NCBI GenBank assembly: GCA_011525905.1
Contig: WYBK01000176.1
Coordinates: forward strand, 1 to 45,656
Reading direction: 5' to 3'
From: Acidobacteriota bacterium
GTDB taxonomy: Bacteria > Acidobacteriota > Thermoanaerobaculia > Multivoradales > JAGPDF01
DNA length: 45,656 nt
Part shown: piece by piece, positions 1 through 10,230 of the stretch
Position numbering within the stretch: position 1 is the first letter of the stretch
Layout of the letters: each line of letters opens with the position of its first letter
Made by a program: the position numbers and the translations under genes
The notes under the pieces: generated by a model
What the model was told of the DNA's origin: nothing
The model's input: only the letters and a program-made list of their open reading frames with translations
Database searches by the model: none

Positions 1-365
1 CTACCGCGAGGCGCTGACGCGGGGCTTACGCCTCGCGGGCCTGGTGGACTGAGACCTCCCTCGTCGAGGAACCCCATCGCGGGCGCGGCGGAAGCTCGAT
101 GCCACGCGGTCGGTGCGGCAATCTCAGCACGGCTGGCTACCGGATCTCCCGGCGATCGTCCGACCACGGGCTCTTCTCGCGCAGCGCAAAGCTCATCGCG
201 CGCTCATCCATTCCCCCGAATGCTCGCGCGCCCGCCACGGCGACGCTACGCGTTCGAGCGCGAGAGCCGGATCGAGCGCCGCTTGGCGGTTATGGGGGAG
301 CAGGACCCGGCGCGGCGGCGCTCCGCGACGGGCCTCCGAGCCCCGTCGATTGCGCCGCCAACGCA

Positions 366-643
366 CGAACGCGCAGCGCCCGGGCACGCGCCGAGCCACC
401 CCTTAGCTGCCGCTTCTCAGAGGAGTAGCAAGGCCCCCATGCCCGCTCGCGCAGCGCCGGGGCGGCAGCGAAGTCACTCCCTAGTCGCCGCTTCTCGCAG
501 GAGAAGCCTCACCACGGTGCCCGCACGCGCAGCGCCAGGGCGCTCGCGGAGCCACCCGGTAGATGCAGCTTCCTGCAACGTTCCACCTACCACGAAGGCG
601 GCTCGCGCAGCGCCCAGGCGAGCGCGTCGGCACCGGAGAGAAA
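366..643. repeat. Phased 78-bp degenerate tandem repeat: three full units (366-443, 444-521, 522-599) plus a decayed fourth; weaker relics extend back to about 178
   Basis: The 11-nt core CGCGCAGCGCC recurs at 370, 448, 526 and 604, an exact 78-bp spacing. A TAG is conserved at 404/482/560. Units 1-2 carry a GCTTCTC-N4-GAG(T/A)AGC hairpin (412-429, 490-507). No credible reading frame spans the units. Confidence 0.8.
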
Positions 644-644
644 G

Positions 645-1601
<957 letters not shown>

Positions 1602-1602
1602 C

Positions 1603-2325
1603 ATGTCCACGCTCCTCCGGCGGCGTCGCGCGCCGCTCGCCCTCGCGCTGCTGCTCGCCCTCGGGCTCTCCCCGTCGGCGCCCGCCCTGGCCGAGCTGGT
1701 GGTGCTGACCGACGGCTCCTACTTCAAGGTGACCGCCTTCGAGGCGCTCGACGGCGAGGCCCGACTGACCCTGCCGGGCGGCGGGCGCCTCTCGATGGCC
1801 CTCGAACGGGTGGAGCGCGTGCTCGACGACGAGATCGTGCCGGGCGCCGAGGCGGAAGGGGCGCGGATGGAAGAGGAGGCCGAGGGCTTCCCGGTGCGCT
1901 TCGCGGCCGACCAGCGGCGGCCGGCGACCTCCTACGGCGACCTGATCTACGAGGCGGCGCGACGCCACGAGATCAATCCCGAGCTGGTCGTCGCCGTCAT
2001 CCGCGCCGAGTCGGGGTTCGACGCGCGCGCGGTCTCGCACGCCGGGGCGCGCGGCCTGATGCAGCTGATGCCGGCGACCGGCCGGCGCTACGGCCTGCGC
2101 ACCAGCGAGCTCTACGACCCCGCCAAGAACATCGAGGCCGGCGTGCGCTACCTGCGCTTCCTGGCCGACCGCTTCGGCGACGACCTGGCGCGCATCCTGG
2201 CCGGCTACAACGCCGGCGAGGGGGCGGTCGACCGCTACGGCGGCGTGCCCCCCTATCGGGAGACGCAGGGCTACATCCGCCGGATCTACTCGTTCCTCGG
2301 CATCGAGGAGCTGGCGCCCCGGTAG
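1603..2325 (+). CDS. Secreted lytic transglycosylase (SLT domain)
   Basis: ATG 1603 lies 1 nt after the xerD stop. Signal peptide MSTLLRRRRAPLALALLLALGLSPSAPALA. SLT motifs VIRAESGFD, GLMQLMP, AGYNAGEGAV. Confidence 0.85.
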   Translation: MSTLLRRRRAPLALALLLALGLSPSAPALAELVVLTDGSYFKVTAFEALDGEARLTLPGGGRLSMALERVERVLDDEIVPGAEAEGARMEEEAEGFPVRFAADQRRPATSYGDLIYEAARRHEINPELVVAVIRAESGFDARAVSHAGARGLMQLMPATGRRYGLRTSELYDPAKNIEAGVRYLRFLADRFGDDLARILAGYNAGEGAVDRYGGVPPYRETQGYIRRIYSFLGIEELAPR

Positions 2326-4298
2326 AGCAGCACGACCAGCGTCCGGTCGTCCTCGGGCGCGGCGCCGCCGGTGTGCGCGCGCACGGCGGCGAGCAGCCGG
2401 TCGCGCACGATCGTGGCGCTCGCCGGAGGCCCGGCGAGCCGCTCCCGTACCCGGTCGTAGCCGAACAGCTCGCCGCGCGGCGAGCGGGCCTCGATCAGCC
2501 CGTCGGAGAGCCAGACCACGGCATCGCCGGCCCCGAGGCGGCGCTCGCCGCGCCCCGGCGGACCGGGCAGGCCGCCGAGCGGCGGGCCGGGCAGCAGGAT
2601 CTCCTCGACCGCGCCGTCGGCGCGCACCAGGTAGGTGGGCGGGTGCCCGGCGTTGGCGATGCTCAGCGCGCCGTCCTCGGGGGTGAAGTAGGCGAGCGTG
2701 GCGGTGACGAAGCCGCGGTCGCCGGGGCGCACGCGCAGCATCCGCGTCAGGCGGTGGAAGATGCGTTCCGGCGCTTCGCCGTCCTCGATCTGCAGGGTGA
2801 GCGCCGATTTCATCATCGCCATGCGCAGGCCGGCGGCCAAGCCGTGGCCGGCGACGTCGGCCACCACCACCGCGAGCCCGCCGGCGCCGTGCGGCAGCAC
2901 GTCGTAGTAATCGCCGCCGATCGCCGCCGAAGGCTCGAAGTGGGTCGAGATCTCGACCGCCGGCCCGGGCGCGATCTCGAGCGGCAGCAGATCCTGCTGG
3001 ACCTTGCGCGCCAGCGCCAGCTCCTTGTCGAGCGCCTCCTTCTGCACGGCGGTCGCGACCAGCTCCTGGAGGTGCTCGATCATCTCGTTGAACGAGCGCT
3101 GGAGGGCCCCGAGCTGGTCCTTTCGCTTGACCGGGATGCGCACGGAGAAGTCGCCGTGACCGACCGCCGTGGTCGCCCGCGAGAGCCGGTTCACCGCGCG
3201 CGACAGGCCGTAGATCATGAAGACGGCGAGCGCCGCGGCCGCGGCGTAGATCTCGAGCATGAGCACGCCGAAGCCGATCAGCGCCAGCCAGGCCGACGAG
3301 TCGGCCTGGTCGGAGGCCGAGAGCAGCGCGCGCGCCAGCCCGCGCGGGCTGGCCGCCAGCGAGATCGAGACCGCGTCGGCGACCTCGGTGCCGTCGGCCA
3401 GCGCACGCAGCCGCGGAGAGCTCTCCATCCAGAGCAGCAGCGGCTTGTCCCAGAGGCCCGGGGGGGGCTCGGCGGGCGGGCTGATCCGGTAGAACTCGGC
3501 GAGCTCCGCCTCGGTCCGTTGCACCCAGAGGCCGCGCAGCACGATCGCGCGCTCGCCGAGCTGGATGCGCGTCACCTGGAGCTTGCGCGGATCGTCCGAA
3601 CGGAAGATCTGCGCCCAGAAGTGCCCCCGCTCGCGCAGCGCCTGCTCGATCTCCGCGCCGTACCAGACCAGAACGGCGCGATCCCCCTCGTGCGCGCCGG
3701 CGGCGAGCGAGACCGAGCCGTCGGGCAGGGCGACGAAGGGGCGCCGGCGCTCTTCCGGGTCGTCGGCGCTCGAGGCGACGGCCCGGTCGAGCCAGTCCGG
3801 CCAGTCGGGGGGCGAGGCGGCGTCGCCCGCGATTCGCCGCCCCTGCCAGTACTCGGCGAAGCGCAGCGGGCCGGCGGCGGCGCGCACCGCCCCCTCGCCA
3901 TGGTCGGGCTCTTCGAGCAGCCGTTCGAGGGCGGCGCGCTCGAGTCCCTGGCGCAGGCCCTCGATCGAGTCGCGGTAGAGGTGGCCGAGCAGCATGCCGC
4001 CGGCCAGGTAGGTGGCGAAGCCGCCGAGCACGGTCATCAACACGATCGGCAGCAGGCCGAGCAGGAGATAGGAGAAGGCGAGGCGCCGCCCGACGCTCCA
4101 GAAGAAGCGGCGCCAGACGAGGCGGAAGAGCCAGACCGCCGCGACCAGCAGGAAGCAGCCGAGCGCGAGGGCCCGCGCCGCGCCCAGGAAAGCTCCGCCG
4201 ATCAGCGCGTCGAGCGCCCACGCGACGGCGAGGACGAGCGCGGCGAGCAGGACGAGCCGCAGGAGTCGGCTCCGGGGCTTCGGGTCGGGCGCGGGCAC
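2286..4298 (-). CDS. Membrane sensor PP2C phosphatase (HAMP + SpoIIE domain, RsbU-like)
   Basis: 670-aa ORF with GTG start at 4298. Two TM regions flank a periplasmic domain. HAMP-like segment (RLSRATTAVGHGDFSVRIPV). SpoIIE motifs GGDYYDV, VVVADVAGHG, ANAGHPP, DDRTLVVL. Confidence 0.85.
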   Translation of the reverse strand: MPAPDPKPRSRLLRLVLLAALVLAVAWALDALIGGAFLGAARALALGCFLLVAAVWLFRLVWRRFFWSVGRRLAFSYLLLGLLPIVLMTVLGGFATYLAGGMLLGHLYRDSIEGLRQGLERAALERLLEEPDHGEGAVRAAAGPLRFAEYWQGRRIAGDAASPPDWPDWLDRAVASSADDPEERRRPFVALPDGSVSLAAGAHEGDRAVLVWYGAEIEQALRERGHFWAQIFRSDDPRKLQVTRIQLGERAIVLRGLWVQRTEAELAEFYRISPPAEPPPGLWDKPLLLWMESSPRLRALADGTEVADAVSISLAASPRGLARALLSASDQADSSAWLALIGFGVLMLEIYAAAAALAVFMIYGLSRAVNRLSRATTAVGHGDFSVRIPVKRKDQLGALQRSFNEMIEHLQELVATAVQKEALDKELALARKVQQDLLPLEIAPGPAVEISTHFEPSAAIGGDYYDVLPHGAGGLAVVVADVAGHGLAAGLRMAMMKSALTLQIEDGEAPERIFHRLTRMLRVRPGDRGFVTATLAYFTPEDGALSIANAGHPPTYLVRADGAVEEILLPGPPLGGLPGPPGRGERRLGAGDAVVWLSDGLIEARSPRGELFGYDRVRERLAGPPASATIVRDRLLAAVRAHTGGAAPEDDRTLVVLLYRGASSSMPRNE

Positions 4299-4476
4299 GC
4301 GGAAGGGCTCTCCGGAGGGAACTACGGCGCCGGTTCCCTCGAGTTCCGGCCCGAGCTCCCGTCCGTGTCGCGGCGGACCCGAGGGGCTCGGTCGAGGCGC
4401 GGAATTCGGCTAGGATTCAGTGCCGTCCCGCGAGGGGCGCGACCGATTCCTGCACGACTCGACGAGGGGAGGGCCC

Positions 4477-4875
4477 GTGTCCCGACTGCCACGTGCGCAA
4501 GAGTACCTGAAGACCGGATTCACCGCGGAGGCGGCGAGCGCCGCGAAGTTCCGGGCCGCCGCCCGCCACGCCGAGAAGGAGGGCAAGCCGCGGCTGGCGC
4601 AGGCCTGGCTCGAGCTCGCCGCCGAGAAGGACGAGCTGGCGATCCGCCAGCTCGAGGCGGCCGGCCAGGTGCGCGCCGCCGACGCGGACCTCGCCTCGGC
4701 GCTGGCCGAGGAGCGCTACGAGAACGAGGCGCTCTATCCGCGGATGAAGCGCGAAGTCGACGGCGAGACCGCGACGATCTTCGACGGCGTGGTCGGCAAG
4801 CAGCAGGAGCACCTGGCCCGCCTCGAGTCGCTGCTCGACGCGCTCTCCCGCTCGACCGGCGACCTCGCGAGCTGA
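4477..4875 (+). CDS. Ferritin-like / rubrerythrin-like four-helix-bundle protein
   Basis: Rubrerythrin-type helices (EAASAAKFRAAARHAEKEG, EERYENEALYP, QQEHLARLE). GTG 4477 is preceded by GAGGGGAGGG; the track's upstream start 4420 is the alternative. Confidence 0.5.
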   Translation: MSRLPRAQEYLKTGFTAEAASAAKFRAAARHAEKEGKPRLAQAWLELAAEKDELAIRQLEAAGQVRAADADLASALAEERYENEALYPRMKREVDGETATIFDGVVGKQQEHLARLESLLDALSRSTGDLAS

Positions 4876-4909
4876 CGCCGAGCGCAGCGGCGAGCGCCAT
4901 CCGAGCGGC

Positions 4910-4939
4910 TTGGAGCGCGCGTAAGTGCTGAAGTAGGAT
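4910..4939 (+). promoter_or_regulatory. Candidate sigma70-type promoter for the nuoB block (TTGGAG-18 nt-TAGGAT)
   Basis: An AT-richer patch in an otherwise GC-rich spacer. Hexamers at 4910-4915 and 4934-4939; GGAGG at 4946-4950 precedes ATG 4955. Confidence 0.25.
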
Positions 4940-4954
4940 GCCCGCGGAGGCGCG

Positions 4955-5455
4955 ATGGAAGTCCAAGGCGAATCCTGGCTGACCACGAAGCTCGAGCCCT
5001 TCGTCGACTGGGCCCAGAAGAACTCCTTCTGGCCGCTGCCGTTCGGCACGGCCTGCTGCGCGATCGAGTTCATGGGCACCGTCTCGTCGCACTACGACAT
5101 GTCCCGCTTCGGCTACGAAGTCGTCCGCTTCTCCCCTCGTCAGAGCGACCTGATGATCGTCGCGGGCACGATCACCGACAAGATGGCGCCGGTGCTCAAG
5201 CGGATCTACGACCAGATGCCCGACCCGAAATGGGTCGTCTCGATGGGCGCCTGCGCCTGCTCGGGCGGCTTCTACCGCGCCTATCACGTGATGCAGGGGA
5301 TCGACGAGATCATCCCGGTCGACATCTACGTGCCGGGTTGTCCGCCGTCGCCCGAGGGGCTGATGTACGGCATCCTGCAGATCAAGGAGAAGATCGACCG
5401 GGAGCGCAAGGCCTCGCGGCGCGGCGGCAAGCGGAAGGGCGAGCATGCCGCCTGA
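4955..5455 (+). CDS. nuoB: NADH-quinone oxidoreductase subunit B (N2 Fe-S subunit)
   Basis: 166 aa. FGTACCAIEFM, MGACACSGG and VPGCPPSP supply the four N2 cluster cysteines. Confidence 0.95.
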   Translation: MEVQGESWLTTKLEPFVDWAQKNSFWPLPFGTACCAIEFMGTVSSHYDMSRFGYEVVRFSPRQSDLMIVAGTITDKMAPVLKRIYDQMPDPKWVVSMGACACSGGFYRAYHVMQGIDEIIPVDIYVPGCPPSPEGLMYGILQIKEKIDRERKASRRGGKRKGEHAA

Positions 5456-7163
5456 GGCCGCCGTCGCGCTCGATCCCGCCGCCGCGATCGCCGCCGGCTT
5501 CCCCGAAGGCAGCGTCGTGCCCCAGGAGGGTCCCGGCGCGCCGACCGACCAGCCCACCTGGGTGGTGCGGCGCGAGGTGCTGCGCGACCTCTGCCGGGCG
5601 CTGCGCGACAATCCCAAGACCCGCTTCGACCTGCTGCTCGACGTCTGCGGCGTCGACTACCCCGAGCGCGAGGAGCGTTTCGAGTCGGTCTATCACCTCT
5701 ACTCGATGCCCCGCGGCCGCCGGCTGCGGCTCAAGGTCCCGGTGGCCGAGGGCGACGCCCGCATCCCCTCGGTGGTTCCGGTCTGGAAGGGCGCCGACTG
5801 GTTCGAGCGCGAGGTCTACGACATGTTCGGCGTGGTCTTCGAAGACCATCCGAACCTACGGCGCATCCTGACCCACGACGGCTTCCAAGGGCATGCGCTG
5901 CGCAAGGACTACGACCCGGCGCGCCGCTGGATCCTGACCGAAGACAAGATCTACATGCCGAAGCTGGTCGCCCCGCCCGGGCGGAGCGACTCGATGTTCG
6001 AGCGGATGACGATCAACATCGGCCCGTCGCACCCGGCGATGCACGGCACCTTCCGCTTCGTCGCCATGGTCGACGGCGAGGAGATCGTCGCTTCCGAGGT
6101 CGAGATCGGCTACCTCCACCGCTGCATGGAGAAGATGTCGGAGACGCACACCTGGCAACAGGTGATTCCGTACACCGATCGCCTGAACTACTGCTCCTCG
6201 TTCATCAACAACGTCGCCTACTGCCGCACGGTGGAGAAGCTGCTCGGCGTCGAGGTGCCGCCCAAGGCGGTCTGGGCGCGCACGATCCTCTCCGAGTTCT
6301 CGCGCGTCATGGACCACTGCGTGGCCAACGGGTCGTCGCTGGTCGACACCGGAGCGCTGACCAACTTCTGGTACTTCTTCCAGGTGCGCGAGGAGATCTA
6401 CGGCCTGCTCGAGGCGGTCTGCGGCGCGCGGCTGACGGTCTCCGCCTGCCGGATCGGCGGCCTGCTCGCCGACCTGCCGCCCGACTTCGTCGCCCGCTGC
6501 CGGCGGCTGCTCGAGTTCATCCCGCCGTTGATCGACGACGTCGAGAAACTGATCGACAAGAACCGCATCTGGATCGACCGCTCGGTCGGCATCGCGGCGA
6601 TCTCGGGCGAGGACGCGGTCAACTGGAGCTGGACCGGCCCCTGCCTGCGCGCCTCGGGCGTCGCCTACGACGTGCGCAAGGCGCACCCCTACGACCTCTA
6701 CGACACGGTCGACTGGCAGGTACCGGTGCTCTACGGGGGCGACACCTACGACCGGTACAAGGTGCGCATGCTCGAGATCCGGCAGTCGCTCTCGATCATC
6801 CGCCAGCTGCTCGATCGCGGCATGCCCGAGGGCCCCTTCGTGGTCGACGACCCGCACGTCGCGCTGCCGTCGAAGGAGGCCTGCTACAACCAGATGGAGT
6901 CCATGATCTACCACTTCAAGCTGATCATGGACGGCATCCAGGTGCCGCCGGGCGAGACCTACCTGATGACCGAGGGCGCCAACGGCGAGCTCGGCTTCTA
7001 CGTCGTCTCCGACGGCTCGGGCAAGCCCTATCGGCTGCACGTCCGCGCACCCTGCTTCCCGATCTTCTCGACCTTCTCGGATCTGATGCGCGGGCACTCG
7101 ATCTCCGATGCCATCGCCACGCTCGGGGGCCTGAACGTGATCGCCGGCGAGCTGGAGCGCTGA
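5445..7163 (+). CDS. nuoCD: Fused NADH-quinone oxidoreductase subunits C and D
   Basis: 572 aa. The N-terminal ~170 aa are NuoC-like (WKGADWFEREVYDMFG). The remainder is NuoD-like (GPSHPAMHGTFR ... RAPCFPIF ... IAGELER). The ATG overlaps the nuoB 3' end by 11 nt. Confidence 0.95.
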   Translation: MPPEAAVALDPAAAIAAGFPEGSVVPQEGPGAPTDQPTWVVRREVLRDLCRALRDNPKTRFDLLLDVCGVDYPEREERFESVYHLYSMPRGRRLRLKVPVAEGDARIPSVVPVWKGADWFEREVYDMFGVVFEDHPNLRRILTHDGFQGHALRKDYDPARRWILTEDKIYMPKLVAPPGRSDSMFERMTINIGPSHPAMHGTFRFVAMVDGEEIVASEVEIGYLHRCMEKMSETHTWQQVIPYTDRLNYCSSFINNVAYCRTVEKLLGVEVPPKAVWARTILSEFSRVMDHCVANGSSLVDTGALTNFWYFFQVREEIYGLLEAVCGARLTVSACRIGGLLADLPPDFVARCRRLLEFIPPLIDDVEKLIDKNRIWIDRSVGIAAISGEDAVNWSWTGPCLRASGVAYDVRKAHPYDLYDTVDWQVPVLYGGDTYDRYKVRMLEIRQSLSIIRQLLDRGMPEGPFVVDDPHVALPSKEACYNQMESMIYHFKLIMDGIQVPPGETYLMTEGANGELGFYVVSDGSGKPYRLHVRAPCFPIFSTFSDLMRGHSISDAIATLGGLNVIAGELER

Positions 7164-7164
7164 C

Positions 7165-7830
7165 ATGACCGAGCTCGAAGCCCGCCCCGAAGCCCTCCAG
7201 CTGCCCGGCGTGCAGGACCATCCGAAGGAGGTCCGGCCGCGCCCGATGTCGCTCGGCGAGCGGCTCTACCTGCCGCTGCTCGCCGGCATGACGGTGACGC
7301 TGCGCCACTTCTTCCAGAACATCTTCCGGACGCGCGAGCGGGTGACCATCCAGTATCCGGAGGAGCGGCGCGACTACTCGCACCGCTACCGGGGCCACCA
7401 CATACTGACCACGCGTCCGGACGGCTCGGTGCGCTGCGTCGCCTGCTTCCTCTGCGCCACCGCCTGCCCGGCCGACTGCATCCACATCGAGGCGGGCGAG
7501 CACCACGACGTCAACGTCGAGAAGTACCCGGTGGTCTACGAGATCGACATGCTGCGCTGCGTCTTCTGCGGCTATTGCGTGGACGCCTGCCCGGAGGAGG
7601 CGATCATCATGTCGAACAACTACGACATGGCCTTCTACAGCCGGTCGCAGTCGATCGTCGGCAAGGAGGACCTGATGAAGCCCTTCACCTTCGATCCTGG
7701 CAAGCTCGGCTATCGGCCGCGCTTCCCGGAGGAGGAGGAGAAGCGCGCCGCGATGCGCCGCGAGGCGTTCGACCTGGTCGCCGCAGCCAAGGCGAAGGGG
7801 GAGCCGCAGAGCCGGGTCGCCGCCGGCTGA
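7165..7830 (+). CDS. nuoI: NADH-quinone oxidoreductase subunit I (2x[4Fe-4S]) with N- and C-terminal extensions
   Basis: Two ferredoxin motifs, CVACFLCATACP and CVFCGYCVDACP. The ATG lies 1 nt after the nuoCD stop. 221 aa. Confidence 0.9.
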   Translation: MTELEARPEALQLPGVQDHPKEVRPRPMSLGERLYLPLLAGMTVTLRHFFQNIFRTRERVTIQYPEERRDYSHRYRGHHILTTRPDGSVRCVACFLCATACPADCIHIEAGEHHDVNVEKYPVVYEIDMLRCVFCGYCVDACPEEAIIMSNNYDMAFYSRSQSIVGKEDLMKPFTFDPGKLGYRPRFPEEEEKRAAMRREAFDLVAAAKAKGEPQSRVAAG

Positions 7831-7884
7831 GCCCTCGGGCGCCGCCGGATTCGCCGGAGCCCGAACCGCCTCGAGACGACCGCG

Positions 7885-8850
7885 ATGCGACGCTGGCACG
7901 ACGAGAGCCAACAGGACGCGACGCCGGCCCCCAGCCGCCGGGAGCTGCTGGCGATGCTGGCGGCCGCGCCGCTCGCGGCAGGAGCCTGGCCGATGCACGC
8001 CGCCACCCCGGCGCCGCTGCTCGCGCGCCGCATTCCCTCGACCGGCGAGGAGCTGCCGGCGCTCGGGCTGGGCACCTGGCGCGCCTTCGACGTCGGGGCC
8101 TCGGCGGCGGAGCGCGAGCCGCTCGCGGAGGTTCTGCGCGAGCTCGTCGACGCCGGCGCGCGGCTGATCGACAGCTCGCCGATGTACGGCAACGCCGAGT
8201 CGGTGGTCGGCGACCTGGCGCGCGCGCTCGCCGTGCGCGACCGGCTCTTCCTGGCGACCAAGGTCTGGACCCGGGGGCGCGCCGAGGGGATCGAGCAGAT
8301 GGAGACCTCGATGCGCCGCCTCGGCGCCGAGCGGCTCGACCTGATGCAGGTGCACAACCTGGTCGACGCCGACACGCATCTCCAGACGCTCGCCGGCTGG
8401 AAGCGCGAGGGGCGGGTCCGTTACGTCGGCGTCACCCACTACGTCGCCTCGGCGCACGCGGACCTCGCGGCGGCGATCCACCGCGGCGGTCTCGATTTCG
8501 TCCAGGTCAACTACTCGATCGTCGAGCGCGAGGCCGAGGAGCGCCTGCTGCCGCTGGCGCGCGAGGCCGGGGTCGCGGTGATCGCCAACCGGCCGTTCGC
8601 CGGCGGCGACGCTTTCGCCCGCCTGGCCGGTCGGGCGCTGCCGGACTGGCTGGGCGAGCGCGGCGTCGCGAGCTGGGCGCAGGCGATGCTCAAGTTCACG
8701 ATCAGCCATCCGGCGGTCATCTGCGCCATCCCGGCGACCTCGAAGGTCCGCCATCTGCGCGACAACCTCGGAGCGGCGCGCGGCTGGCTGCCCGACGCCG
8801 ACGAGCGCGCCCGCCTCGCCGCAGACCTGGAGCGCGCCCTCGGCGCCTGA
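7885..8850 (+). CDS. Aldo/keto reductase with twin-arginine (Tat) signal peptide
   Basis: 321 aa. SRRELLAMLAAAPLAAGAWPMHA Tat-like leader. AKR core motifs (LGLGTW, IDSSPMYG, LDLMQVHN, VGVTHY). Confidence 0.8.
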   Translation: MRRWHDESQQDATPAPSRRELLAMLAAAPLAAGAWPMHAATPAPLLARRIPSTGEELPALGLGTWRAFDVGASAAEREPLAEVLRELVDAGARLIDSSPMYGNAESVVGDLARALAVRDRLFLATKVWTRGRAEGIEQMETSMRRLGAERLDLMQVHNLVDADTHLQTLAGWKREGRVRYVGVTHYVASAHADLAAAIHRGGLDFVQVNYSIVEREAEERLLPLAREAGVAVIANRPFAGGDAFARLAGRALPDWLGERGVASWAQAMLKFTISHPAVICAIPATSKVRHLRDNLGAARGWLPDADERARLAADLERALGA

Positions 8851-8862
8851 GCTCGGCCGGGC

Positions 8863-10230
8863 TCAACCGTCCGGCAGCCGGACCTCGAAGCAGACCCCCT
8901 CGGAGCCGCCGTCGAGCAGCTCGACGGAGCCGCCGTGCGCCTCGGCGGCCCAGCGCACGACCGAGAGGCCGAGGCCGCCGATGCCGGTGCCGGCACCACC
9001 CCGGTAGTAGCGGTCGAACAGGCGCGGCCGCTGCTCGGGCGGGATCGCGGGGCCGGAGTTGGCGACCCGGATCCGCGCCTCGGCGCTCGTCCGCTCGACC
9101 TCGACGCGGACCGGCCCATCCGGCGTGCCGTGCTTGATCGCGTTGTCGAGCAGGTTGAACAGGACGAGCCGGACCAGCTGCTCGTCGGCGCAGACGACCG
9201 CGCGCTCGTCGACCCGCGAGACGATCGTGAGCCCACGTTCGCGGCTGGCCGGAGCGAGCCGTTCGATGGCCTCGTCGACGAGGCGTGCGAGGTGGACTTC
9301 CGAGCGGCTCAGGCGGGGCTCGGCGCCCGGCTCGGCGCGCGCCAAGGCGAGCAGCCCCTCGAGCACGGCCTGGAGGTGGACGATCTCCTGCAGGTTCTCG
9401 GCGAGCAGGCGCCGGTACTCCTCGGGGGCCCGCTCCCGCCGCAGGGTCACCTCGATGCCGGTGCGCAGCACCGAGAGCGGGTTGCGGATCTCGTGCGAGG
9501 CGTCCGCGGTGAAGCGGCGCATCGCCTCCAGGCTCCCCGCCAGGCGCTCGAGCAGGTCGTCGAAGGCGTCGGCGAGGATCGCGACCTCCTCGACGGCCGG
9601 GTGGCGCGGACCCAGCCGGCGATGGGGCTGCTCCGGGTCGATCGCGCGGATCGCGGCGACCAGGCCGGCGATCGGCGCCAGCGCCCGGCGGGCGAGCAGG
9701 CGGCCGCCGAGCGCGGCGCCCGGAATCACGACGAGCCCGACCAGGCCGAGGATGAGACCGAGCCGCCGCTCGGCGGCGATCACCCGGTCGAGCGAGCCGA
9801 TCGCTTCGGCGACCAGCCCGCTGCCGAGCCGGCGCCCCCGGCCGCCGACCGCGTGGGCGACCAGCAGGTAGCGGCCGCCCGCCTCGCTCATCTCGATGGT
9901 GACGACCTCCTCCGTCAGGTCCTCGCTCGAGACCGGCAGCGCCGGGGCCCCCGGGGTTGCGGCGAGCAGCTCGCCGCCGCCGCGCACCCGCAACCAGATG
10001 CGCATCGGCTCCTCCTCGGGAGCCTGCAGCTCGGGCGCGTCGAGCCGGCCGCTGGCGGCGACGTAGGCGGCCAGCGCCTCGGCCTCGTTCTTGAGCGTCA
10101 GGGCGGCGAGGTCGCGGCGCGCGCGGGCCGAAGTCAGCCAGACCGCGCCGGCGACGGTGCCGTAGAGCAGGAGCAGCGTGAGCGCGAAGCGCCGCGCGAT
10201 GCCGCGCTCGAGCGAAGCGCCGGAGCTCAC
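8863..10230 (-). CDS. Sensor histidine kinase (two TM segments, HAMP, HisKA, HATPase_c)
   Basis: H-box FTADASHEIRNPL, N-box LLDNAIKH, G-box GIGGLGLSVV. GTG 10230 overlaps the response-regulator stop (GTGA). The track ORF extends further upstream in frame through the regulator gene. Confidence 0.85.
   Translation of the reverse strand: MSSGASLERGIARRFALTLLLLYGTVAGAVWLTSARARRDLAALTLKNEAEALAAYVAASGRLDAPELQAPEEEPMRIWLRVRGGGELLAATPGAPALPVSSEDLTEEVVTIEMSEAGGRYLLVAHAVGGRGRRLGSGLVAEAIGSLDRVIAAERRLGLILGLVGLVVIPGAALGGRLLARRALAPIAGLVAAIRAIDPEQPHRRLGPRHPAVEEVAILADAFDDLLERLAGSLEAMRRFTADASHEIRNPLSVLRTGIEVTLRRERAPEEYRRLLAENLQEIVHLQAVLEGLLALARAEPGAEPRLSRSEVHLARLVDEAIERLAPASRERGLTIVSRVDERAVVCADEQLVRLVLFNLLDNAIKHGTPDGPVRVEVERTSAEARIRVANSGPAIPPEQRPRLFDRYYRGGAGTGIGGLGLSVVRWAAEAHGGSVELLDGGSEGVCFEVRLPDG

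Noticed and set aside
1-52. C-terminal fragment of an upstream gene (...YREALTRGLRLAGLVD, stop at 50-52)
   Set aside because: Only 16 codons are visible and there is no recognisable motif. It cannot be supported as a feature.
249-262. tRNA-like T-arm (CGCGTTCGAGCGCG)
   Set aside because: It is only a short palindrome containing TTCGA. No acceptor, D or anticodon stems can be built around it, and there is no GGTTCGAAT-type loop context.
366-643. CRISPR array interpretation of the 78-bp periodic repeat
   Set aside because: The strictly conserved part is only about 11-14 nt. The intervening 'spacer' portions are themselves homologous between units, and no cas genes are present. This is a decaying tandem duplication, not a repeat-spacer architecture.
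4477-4875. Ferritin-like protein as an encapsulin cargo
   Set aside because: There is no encapsulin shell gene in the window, and the C-terminus (SRSTGDLAS) does not resemble the targeting peptides I know.
5445-7163. Group 4 [NiFe]-hydrogenase (Ech/Mbh-like) reading of the nuoB-CD-I block
   Set aside because: The NuoD part has GPSHPAMHG instead of an RxCGxCxxxH motif, and it ends ...IAGELER with no C-terminal CxxC. No Ni-Fe ligands means a genuine NuoD type.
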